A program made the position numbers and the translations under genes. From Minisyncoccota bacterium (lineage in GTDB: Bacteria > Patescibacteriota > Minisyncoccia > Phycocordibacterales > PALSA-1337): DNA of 64,000 nucleotides. Shown one piece after another: positions 18,770 to 26,207 of the stretch (position 1 is its first letter; each line of letters starts with the position of its first letter). The stretch covers positions 975 through 64,974 of the forward strand of contig JAGOVB010000002.1 of the NCBI GenBank assembly GCA_018060945.1, given 5' to 3'. The notes beneath the pieces were generated by a model. It saw nothing but the letters and a program-made list of their open reading frames with translations. It had not been told where the DNA came from and did not search any database.

Positions 18770-19964
18770 ATGGTAGTATTGCTGTTTCGCCAGTTTTTCT
18801 CAACTTGAACTCTAGTTTCTTTTCTTTATATAGTTTTTCACTGACAACAATGCGATATGGGATGCCCATAAGATCTGCATCTGCAAACTTTTCTCCAGGC
18901 CGCATATCTCGATCGTCATACAAAACCTCGATGCCCATGCCAGTCAATTCTCCATATAAAGTGTCTGCGTACTCAACTACTTTACCGTCTTCACGAGATA
19001 ATGCAACTAGATGCACTTTGAAAGGTGCGATCGAGTCAGGCCAGACCAGTCCTTTGTCATCTGAAAGCACTTCTGCAACCGTTCCCATGAGGCGTCCGAT
19101 ACCGATACCGTATGAGCCCATGATGACTGGTTTTACATTACCTCCTGCATCTGTGTAATTGAGCTCGAATGGTTCAGAATATTTTGTGCCCAAAGTAAAT
19201 ATATTTCCAACCTCGACTGATTTCTTTTTTATCAAATCTTTTGTATCTTCGGCAATTTCTTCGTTTATAGCTGTTTTGTTTTTTTCATCAATATATATCG
19301 TGTCTTCACCTGCGTCAGTCACCGTCTGAAACTCATGTGAATATTTTGAGAAAGTCCCTCCGCTTGCTGCGGTTAGATAGGTGATCTCACCAAGACCCAC
19401 TCGCTCAAATATCTTTTTATATGCATTTTGAGCAGCAGCATAAAATAAATTATGGCTTTCAATATCAGGTGAAAATGAGTACAAATCTTTCATTAAAAAC
19501 TCTCGGCCACGCATGATACCTGATTTTGCACGTGATTCATTTCTGAATTTCTTTTGGATTTGATACACATATTTTGGTACATCACGATAAGAAGAAATGT
19601 ATTCTTTCATTACTTGTGTAAGTGCTTCTTCGTGGGTAAAAGCGAGCCCTACTTCGGTGTCATTCTTTAGTTTTGTCTTAAACCAATTATCAACCACTGC
19701 ATCTGACCATCGCCCTGATTTTTCCCAGACTGATTTTTCTTGGAGCGATGTGAGCTCTACTTCTTGCGCACCAAGCTCATCCATCTCTTCTCGGATAATA
19801 TTGCAAATATTGTTCATCACACGAAGTCCGAGTGGGAGCATAGAGTACACACCTGCCATTTCTTTGTATATATACCCAGCACGAATGAGGAGGTCTGCAT
19901 TTTTTGAGACCTCATCTTTTGGTGCTTCTTTACGAGTTTTAGTGAAGAGTAGACTTTGTCGCAT
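18729..19964 (-). CDS. proS: Proline--tRNA ligase, short form without the INS editing domain
   Basis: 411 aa. It aligns to bacterial ProRS (LIRAGYI, SGRW, THEE, FRNE.R...G..RGREFLMKD) but is about 160 aa shorter at the position of the insertion domain. Confidence 0.88.
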   Translation of the reverse strand: MRQSLLFTKTRKEAPKDEVSKNADLLIRAGYIYKEMAGVYSMLPLGLRVMNNICNIIREEMDELGAQEVELTSLQEKSVWEKSGRWSDAVVDNWFKTKLKNDTEVGLAFTHEEALTQVMKEYISSYRDVPKYVYQIQKKFRNESRAKSGIMRGREFLMKDLYSFSPDIESHNLFYAAAQNAYKKIFERVGLGEITYLTAASGGTFSKYSHEFQTVTDAGEDTIYIDEKNKTAINEEIAEDTKDLIKKKSVEVGNIFTLGTKYSEPFELNYTDAGGNVKPVIMGSYGIGIGRLMGTVAEVLSDDKGLVWPDSIAPFKVHLVALSREDGKVVEYADTLYGELTGMGIEVLYDDRDMRPGEKFADADLMGIPYRIVVSEKLYKEKKLEFKLRKTGETAILPYDEIREKIKVLAV

Positions 19965-21067
19965 TAGAAATATTTAAATATATCTTTGAACGTTACTAAT
20001 AGCATGATCATGAGTAGTATAACAAAACCGACCGTATTCATCATGTTAATGAATCGAGCTCTTAATGGTTTGCGACGGATAGCTTCTAGCAATAGCACAA
20101 ATAGTCTTCCTCCATCGAGCGCTGGGAATGGTACAAGGTTGATCACACCGAGATTTATCGAGATCAATGCAGTAAACATGAGGAGGTAGGTAATGCCTAA
20201 TTTTGCAGCATCTCCTACAAGTCCCGCGATACCGACTGGACCCGAGACAGCTGATAGATCAGGGCTGCCTTTTACAAGGCCTGCAATCAAGTCATACAAC
20301 CCCATAGCAACACCACTTATCATATGTAGTGTAAATTTACCTCCTTCATATACAGCAAGATGGAATGGCAGCTCCATCGTACCTACATCTTCCATCGCAA
20401 TACCGATACCATACTTTCCTGGTACAATACCTTTTTCTGGAGTGATCACGATCGGAGCAGTCTCTATGTGTCCACGCTTTATATGTAGTGTCACAGGGTT
20501 TGCACCTCGTGTGAGAGTGTCTTTGATGACAGGTATGGTGAGCGCTTCACCGTCAACGACGATAGTTCCAGATTCTATCTTTATAATTGAGTCCCCCGGC
20601 TTTATCCCCGCCTTTTCAGCTGGCGAAAGACCGCTCACTTGGGTGATTGCAATACGAAAATCTGAAATATGCTCTGTATAAGAAGCATAATCCTCTCGTG
20701 AAGCTGGTACACCATTTGCAAAAGCAAATGAGATCAAAACCCACGCAAAAAGAAAGTTAAATAAAATACCGCCAAATAAAACGATTGCCTGCTGCCAACG
20801 TGGCTTGTGTACGATCGCTCGTTTTGCGTCTGGACCATGTGAAGACTCATCATCTGGATTCTCACCGAATATACGGACAAATCCACCAAACGGGATCAGG
20901 TTTAGCGTATACTCTGTCTCACCATATTTTTTCCCCCATAGTTTTGGTGGGAAACCGAGACCAAACTCATCTACGCGGATACCGAACTTTTTTGCAAACA
21001 AAAAATGACCAAACTCGTGGACTAAAACGAGGATAGCGAGAACGATGAAGAAAAGAATGACCGACAT
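19964..21067 (-). CDS. rseP: Site-2 (M50) zinc metalloprotease RseP
   Basis: 367 aa with HEFGHFLFAK, a PDZ-like middle region and NLVPFPALDGG. Confidence 0.85.
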   Translation of the reverse strand: MSVILFFIVLAILVLVHEFGHFLFAKKFGIRVDEFGLGFPPKLWGKKYGETEYTLNLIPFGGFVRIFGENPDDESSHGPDAKRAIVHKPRWQQAIVLFGGILFNFLFAWVLISFAFANGVPASREDYASYTEHISDFRIAITQVSGLSPAEKAGIKPGDSIIKIESGTIVVDGEALTIPVIKDTLTRGANPVTLHIKRGHIETAPIVITPEKGIVPGKYGIGIAMEDVGTMELPFHLAVYEGGKFTLHMISGVAMGLYDLIAGLVKGSPDLSAVSGPVGIAGLVGDAAKLGITYLLMFTALISINLGVINLVPFPALDGGRLFVLLLEAIRRKPLRARFINMMNTVGFVILLMIMLLVTFKDIFKYF

Positions 21068-21068
21068 G

Positions 21069-21608
21069 TTAATTTAAAATCTCTTGTTCTTTTTTAGCGA
21101 GTAATGCGTCGAGTGCTTTGTTTCCTTCGTCTACTAGTTTCTGTGCATCATTTTTTGCTCTGAAGGCGTCATCTTTTGGTAACTCTTTTGCCTGCATATC
21201 TTTCATCACATCGTCGCGGTGCATACGGAGAGTCTTGCGAGCTTCTTCTACTTTGTCTTTTGCTATCTTAGTGATCTGGATGCGTCGTTCTCCGGTGAGT
21301 TCTGGAAAAATGACTCGGAGTCCTTTGTCATCGGTGACAATACCCACACCTAGGTTTGCAACAGTAATCGCCTTTTCAATCTCTTTTGCTTGAGACATAT
21401 CCCAAGGAACAATGCGTAGGCTGCGTGCATCGTCAGTGCCTATATTACCCACCTGACTAATTGGTACCATGCTTCCATATGATTCTATCTTAATTGAATC
21501 GAGAATAGCCGCACTCGCTCGTCCGGTGCGTACATTTGATAGCTCTTTTTTGAGCCATTCTTCGGTTTCTCTTACCTTTGCTTTAAATTTTGAAAAGTCG
21601 TATGCCAT
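21069..21608 (-). CDS. frr: Ribosome recycling factor
   Basis: It has VRTGRASAAILD and PELTGERR. The start is placed at ATG 21608; the track starts at a TTG at 21620. Confidence 0.9.
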   Translation of the reverse strand: MAYDFSKFKAKVRETEEWLKKELSNVRTGRASAAILDSIKIESYGSMVPISQVGNIGTDDARSLRIVPWDMSQAKEIEKAITVANLGVGIVTDDKGLRVIFPELTGERRIQITKIAKDKVEEARKTLRMHRDDVMKDMQAKELPKDDAFRAKNDAQKLVDEGNKALDALLAKKEQEILN

Positions 21609-21631
21609 ATATACCTGCAAGTATACTTTAT

Positions 21632-22207
21632 TTATACTGTAATTGCCAAATATTCTAATAATTGCTTTGTGGATGAGCCTCGATCGTTTATATATTTCTT
21701 TACTTTTACGACAGCCTCAAGTGTTTTTTTATCTTTTTTTATTGCCCCTATTCCATGTGCTAAGCTATACCCTTCAGTTTTTGAAAGTTCTTTGACATAG
21801 TCAAGGCGCTCTTTTTTCCCTAATTTCAAAAAGGTTTCAGCTCCTTTATTTTCCTTTTCAAAATGGATGATCTGTACTCTTGATTTTAGTGTTGGAAGAA
21901 GTTGAGGGTTTTCAATAATAATAAAAAAATGATTGTTTGGTTCTGGCTCCTCAAATACTTTGAGAAGTGCATTTTGTGACTCTAGCGAAATACTCTCTGT
22001 TTGAATGATAAAAATTCTTTTCTCACCAAATGGTTTTTTTGAATGCACTAATTTTATATTTCTAGCATCATCGATAGAAAGCGCATCCATCCTTTGAAAA
22101 ATATAGTCGGGATTTGCCTGTTTTTCTATATCAAGATTTTTATCTAAAAAGTCCAACGCCTGTTGTGTGTCTCCTGTAAGGAAGTATGCATGGTGAGATA
22201 AAATCAT
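21632..22207 (-). CDS. holB: DNA polymerase III delta'-like clamp-loader subunit
   Basis: It has HAYFLTGD, ALLKVFEEPEPNNHFFII and LPTLKSR. The start is at MILSHH, with TGTTATACT 6 nt upstream. Confidence 0.7.
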   Translation of the reverse strand: MILSHHAYFLTGDTQQALDFLDKNLDIEKQANPDYIFQRMDALSIDDARNIKLVHSKKPFGEKRIFIIQTESISLESQNALLKVFEEPEPNNHFFIIIENPQLLPTLKSRVQIIHFEKENKGAETFLKLGKKERLDYVKELSKTEGYSLAHGIGAIKKDKKTLEAVVKVKKYINDRGSSTKQLLEYLAITV

Positions 22208-22237
22208 GAGGATAGTATAACAAAAATAAAACCTGAG

Positions 22238-22273
22238 GATAACAAAGCCCGTCCCCATGCAGGCTGGACGGGC
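22238..22273 (-). terminator. Intrinsic terminator
   Basis: The stem GCCCGTCC (22247..22254) pairs with GGACGGGC (22266..22273). On the minus strand it is followed by TTTGTT. Confidence 0.5.
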
Positions 22274-22335
22274 CGAGGCACACTATTACTAGTCGCCTCT
22301 AGATAGGATCCTCCTTTCTGGAGGGATGTGACTCC
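22240..22335 (-). ncRNA. Candidate ~95-nt small RNA
   Basis: It follows a TAATAT -10-like box (22347..22342). It contains a CCUCC-AGAAA-GGAGG hairpin and ends at the 22238..22273 terminator. No ORF is present. Confidence 0.25.
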
Positions 22336-22347
22336 GGATCTATATTA

Positions 22348-22388
22348 CTACAAAAAGATAAGGGGCGCACCACCGAAGTGATGCGCCC
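22348..22388 (-). terminator. Intrinsic terminator with a C(UUCG)G-capped GC stem
   Basis: The minus strand reads GGGCGCAUCAC-UUCG-GUGGUGCGCCC followed by CUUAUCUUUUUG. Confidence 0.55.
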
Positions 22389-22485
22389 TCTCAAGATTCA
22401 GTTCCGAGGACTCGTTACGCTTGTATCATATAGCGCTACGCACCTGCCGGTTTTTATTGCGAAGTTCCGGTTCTCCAAAGGATCT

Positions 22486-22617
22486 TCACCTCTTTGTGAC
22501 CTCGTCGTCGGCCGGCCGCCGGTGGCCGTTGCTGCGGGCCGGGGCCGGATTGGCGCCGCCGTTGGAGGCCAGACCACTGCCAGACAGGCACAGGGTATCG
22601 GGGATCGGGGGCTTCAT
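22486..22617 (-). CDS. GC-rich 43-aa ORF of unknown function
   Basis: Sequence MKPPIPDTLCLSGSGLASNGGANPAPARSNGHRRPADDEVTKR. 36 of 42 codons end in G/C in this frame. GGCGGAG lies 9 nt upstream of the ATG. The ORF sits between a promoter and a terminator. Confidence 0.35.
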   Translation of the reverse strand: MKPPIPDTLCLSGSGLASNGGANPAPARSNGHRRPADDEVTKR

Positions 22618-22713
22618 GGAGTGATTCTCCGCCTTTTTCTCGAGTTCTAGGCACTCTGCGTTTATCGCGCAGAAATGAATGCTTTGAGTACTCAATGGAA
22701 AGGTTCGCTATGT

Positions 22714-22741
22714 ATCATAGCATACCCCAGTTTTTTGTCAA
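22714..22741 (-). promoter_or_regulatory. Sigma70-type promoter for the GC-rich unit
   Basis: The minus strand reads TTGACA (22741..22736), a 16-nt spacer, then TATGAT (22719..22714). It lies directly after the stop codon of the mreB paralog. Confidence 0.5.
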
Positions 22742-22747
22742 GTACCC

Positions 22748-23761
22748 TTACTTCTTCGAAATTATCGTCTTCTTATACGTATCCAAATGGTCGAGTGCCA
22801 CACCTGTCCCCTTTACTACACAAAATAGTGGATCCTCGGCGAGACGTGCCTTTACTCCTGTGCGACGAAAGACGAGCTCGGGAAGATTGCGGAGCATCGA
22901 AGATCCACCGGTCATAGTGATACCGTTGTCGATGATGTCAGAAGCGAGCTCGGGAGGAGTTTCTTGCAATACATCTTTGATCGCTTTTATCATATCGCGC
23001 AATTCTTTTGAAATAGCTTTCACTATTTCATTTGTTTTGATTTCAGTTGAACGTGGTAGTCCTGAAATAAAGTCACGTCCTTTTACAAGCATCGAGAGCT
23101 CATCGTCGAGTGGGATGGCAGAGCCGATTTTCATTTTGATATCTTCAGCAGTTTTGTCTCCGATAGCGAGGTTAAATGTTTTCTTTATATAGTCAGCGAT
23201 CGCAGCGTCTATTTTGTTCCCCGCTACCTTTACCGAAGTAGAGGCTACGATACCTCCGAGTGAAATCACCGCCACGTCAGTAGTTCCTCCACCGATATCG
23301 ACGATCATATGACCTCGAGACTCATGGATAGGGATACCTGCGCCGATTGCGGCGAGGATAGGCTCCTTTACTACATATGCATTACGAGCGCCGGCTCGAA
23401 GTGTTGCCTCGATCACTGCGCGTCGCTCAGTCGAAGTAATACCCGCTGGAACTGATACCATAACGTCTGGCTTCCAAAAATTCCATTTACCGAGTGCTTT
23501 GTCCATAAAATATCTGAGCATCGCTTCTGTCACACGATAGTCAGCGATCACACCGTCGCGCATTGGTCGATATGCGATGATACTTTCTGGTGTGCGCCCC
23601 ACCATCTCTTTTGCATCGTTTCCAACTGCAAGAATTTTATTGTCCTGCTCTGACACAGCAACAACAGATGGTTCATTTAAAATAATTCCTTTCCCAGGTA
23701 GAAAAACAAGCGTATTTGCAGTTCCCAAATCGATTCCAAGTTTTTGAGAAAATAGTGACAT
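22748..23761 (-). CDS. mreB: Second MreB/Mbl-type actin homolog
   Basis: 337 aa with LGIDLGTANTLV, DIGGGTTD and TGGSSML. Confidence 0.88.
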   Translation of the reverse strand: MSLFSQKLGIDLGTANTLVFLPGKGIILNEPSVVAVSEQDNKILAVGNDAKEMVGRTPESIIAYRPMRDGVIADYRVTEAMLRYFMDKALGKWNFWKPDVMVSVPAGITSTERRAVIEATLRAGARNAYVVKEPILAAIGAGIPIHESRGHMIVDIGGGTTDVAVISLGGIVASTSVKVAGNKIDAAIADYIKKTFNLAIGDKTAEDIKMKIGSAIPLDDELSMLVKGRDFISGLPRSTEIKTNEIVKAISKELRDMIKAIKDVLQETPPELASDIIDNGITMTGGSSMLRNLPELVFRRTGVKARLAEDPLFCVVKGTGVALDHLDTYKKTIISKK

Positions 23762-23836
23762 GTGTGCACATCATATATCTATTTATCCACATTTTCAATG
23801 TTTACAATATATAGCGTATATGCTATACTGCTTCAT

Positions 23837-25357
23837 ATGAAAAAACTAAACCCTCTAGCCCAGCTAGGCAAAACAATACTAGAAAATCGTGAGAGTCAGA
23901 ACATGACTCAGGCTGACTTAGCAGAAAAGATCGGCACTACTCAGAGTGTCGTTGCACGTATTGAAAAGGGTGAGCAAAATCTCAGCACCGAAACTCTCGC
24001 CAAAATCAGCAAAGCGCTCAATCGGGAAATCATTTCGTTTGCGCCAAAAGGCACAGTAAACTTTCGCATCGAAGGTGGACACAAGCTTTCAGGTAAAATA
24101 AAAGTACGTACCTCAAAAAATGGAGCTGTCGGCATCCTCTGTGCTTCCCTTTTAAATAAAGGCCGAACAACCATCAAAAATGCTCCTCGTATCGAAGAAG
24201 TCTATCGCATCGTCGAAGTCCTCGAAAGTATCGGGGTCAAAGTAGAATGGAAAGGAAATGATCTCGTCATCACCCCACCCTCAAAGATCGCTATCGAAAA
24301 GATCGACGAGGAAAGCGCCGCAAAGACTCGCAGTGCGATCATGATCATCGGTCCACTCATACACGATTTCAAAAATTTTAAAATTCCTCAGGCAGGAGGG
24401 TGCCGTCTCGGCTCTCGTACGGTAAAGCCATACTTTTATGCGCTCGAAAAACTAGGTGTAGATATAGAAACAAAGTCTGATCACTATGTAGTAACAAATA
24501 AAAAAGTTACCGCAAATACCATCGTTCTCTATGAGGCTGGCGATACAGTTACCGAGACAGTACTCACTGCTGCTGCGCGTATCGATGGCCCAACTACAAT
24601 AAAATTTGCATCTGCAAACTACCAAGTCCAAGACGTCTGTTTTTATCTCGAATTACTTGGAGTAAAAGTAGACGGTATCGGCACTTCGACACTCACTGTC
24701 CATGGGAAAAAAGATATCGACACTGATGTCGAATACTATGTGAGTGAGGACCCAATCGAGGCAATGTCACTCATCACTGCAGCGATTCTCACCAAATCAA
24801 GCATCACCATCGAGCGCTGCCCGATCGACTTTCTCGAGCTTGAGCTTTTGAAACTAGAAAAGATGGGCTTTAAATACAAGCGATCAGATGTATACAAAGC
24901 AGACAATGGTAAAACAAATCTAGTCGATATCACCACTTACCCTTCGGACCTAAAAGCGCTCGAAGAAAAGATCCATGCCCAACCATATCCAGGACTCAAC
25001 ATGGACAATCTCCCTTTCTTTGCGGTGATCGGTTCACAAGCTGAGGGTCAGACCTTTATCCACGATTGGTCATACGAGGAGCGAGCGATCTACTACAAAG
25101 AGCTCGACAAACTCCGTGCAGATACCATCCTTGCTGACCCACATCGATTTTATATAAAAGGACCGACAAAATTCAAAGCAACAGAGATGGTCTGCCCTCC
25201 TGCACTCCGTCCATCAGTGATCATCATGCTTGCAATGCTTGCAGCTGAGGGAACTTCTGTACTTCGAAATGTTTACAATATAAACAGAGGCTACGAAGAT
25301 CTAGCAGAGCGACTAAACTCAATCGGTGCGCATATCGAGACGTTTAGAGATCTATAA
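23837..25357 (+). CDS. murA: XRE-family HTH domain fused to UDP-N-acetylglucosamine 1-carboxyvinyltransferase
   Basis: The N-terminal ~65 aa (MTQADLAEKIGTTQSVVARIEKGEQNLS) form a Cro/C1 HTH. The rest aligns with MurA end to end (FRIEGGHKLSGKIKV, catalytic Cys in QAGGCRLGSRTV, C-terminus NRGYEDLAERLNSIGAHIE). The start is placed at ATG 23837. Confidence 0.8.
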   Translation: MKKLNPLAQLGKTILENRESQNMTQADLAEKIGTTQSVVARIEKGEQNLSTETLAKISKALNREIISFAPKGTVNFRIEGGHKLSGKIKVRTSKNGAVGILCASLLNKGRTTIKNAPRIEEVYRIVEVLESIGVKVEWKGNDLVITPPSKIAIEKIDEESAAKTRSAIMIIGPLIHDFKNFKIPQAGGCRLGSRTVKPYFYALEKLGVDIETKSDHYVVTNKKVTANTIVLYEAGDTVTETVLTAAARIDGPTTIKFASANYQVQDVCFYLELLGVKVDGIGTSTLTVHGKKDIDTDVEYYVSEDPIEAMSLITAAILTKSSITIERCPIDFLELELLKLEKMGFKYKRSDVYKADNGKTNLVDITTYPSDLKALEEKIHAQPYPGLNMDNLPFFAVIGSQAEGQTFIHDWSYEERAIYYKELDKLRADTILADPHRFYIKGPTKFKATEMVCPPALRPSVIIMLAMLAAEGTSVLRNVYNINRGYEDLAERLNSIGAHIETFRDL

Positions 25358-25364
25358 AAAGACA

Positions 25365-25390
25365 ACCGGGTTCTATGAACCCGGTGTTTG
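25365..25390 (+). terminator. Probable terminator after murA
   Basis: Stem ACCGGGTT/AACCCGGT with a 5-nt loop, followed by GTTTG. The U-tract is weak. Confidence 0.4.
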
Positions 25391-25410
25391 AAAACTATTT
25401 GGTGGAGTTA

Positions 25411-25608
25411 TTACTCCTTCCACCGTCTCGCCACAGCACACGAACAAGCAACTGCGATTACAATGAGTGCGATCGACTGACCCCACGAAAGAGGCACAGT
25501 GACGTGGTGTGGATCAATGGTGGGGATGAGCCACCACTTGTAGCATGCAGACAGGATGCCAAACGCCGCGAGGCAACCTGCAAAACGGATCAGTGAGTAC
25601 GTTTGCAT
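25411..25608 (-). CDS. Small GC-rich hypothetical membrane protein
   Basis: 65 aa with two hydrophobic helices. It overlaps the upstream gene by 19 nt. Confidence 0.3.
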   Translation of the reverse strand: MQTYSLIRFAGCLAAFGILSACYKWWLIPTIDPHHVTVPLSWGQSIALIVIAVACSCAVARRWKE

Positions 25609-26132
25609 CTTGGGTGGATGTTAAATTCTTTAGCCGCCGCAACCAATCTATCATAGGCAAGATTATCATCCCCCATGATGCACAGATCACATTCTCCATG
25701 TGGTATCTGATGTATAGCAGGCTTTGTTTTCTGGATTTTCGCCAGCACCAAGGTCTTTAACTCGTGATGGTCCATGGCCTCGATGACTCTGGTATACAGA
25801 TTCAAGGCTCCTGCGATGACGTTGCGAGGACCTTCATATTTTTCCCACTCATCGAGGCACGGCGGCTTACGATGGGTTCTGTCTACGAGATAGTACGTTC
25901 CGATGATGACAATGATTGCTACAGCCGCATGAAGTGCTCGGTACTGCCAGTGGGTATACCCTGCCAGGTATCCGATGAGCAGCGAGCCCAGAAAGACTGC
26001 GACCATTGCAATCTTGGTTTTACGATGGAGAGAACGACGCCAAGCGGCGTATTCATCCCGTTGTTTCAGTGCCAGGGTTGCGTTCCCCCGCCACGACGTT
26101 ATCAGTTCGTTTTCGTCATTTAGAATATTCAT
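25590..26132 (-). CDS. GC-rich hypothetical membrane protein
   Basis: 180 aa counted from ATG 26132, with two central TM helices. A TTGACT-17-TAATAC promoter lies upstream; the track's TTG start is actually the -35 box. Confidence 0.4.
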   Translation of the reverse strand: MNILNDENELITSWRGNATLALKQRDEYAAWRRSLHRKTKIAMVAVFLGSLLIGYLAGYTHWQYRALHAAVAIIVIIGTYYLVDRTHRKPPCLDEWEKYEGPRNVIAGALNLYTRVIEAMDHHELKTLVLAKIQKTKPAIHQIPHGECDLCIMGDDNLAYDRLVAAAKEFNIHPRCKRTH

Positions 26133-26207
26133 GTGAGGAGCAGTTGCTATAGTATTACTACGAAAAATAGCTTTAGTCAACCCAGGTCAATCTGATATAC
26201 TCATACT

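Noticed and set aside
22378-22650. Plus-strand 90-aa and 67-aa ORFs in the GC-rich core
   Set aside because: There is no start context. Third-position G/C enrichment is clearly stronger in the minus-strand frame. The promoter and terminators are on the minus strand.
22240-22707. tmRNA, RNase P RNA or SRP RNA in the GC-rich non-coding-looking regions (also 45040..45296)
   Set aside because: I saw no tRNA-like T-arm with a CCA end, no GGAAAGUCCGG-type RNase P core and no SRP domain IV GGAA-loop motif. An Infernal scan would be decisive.
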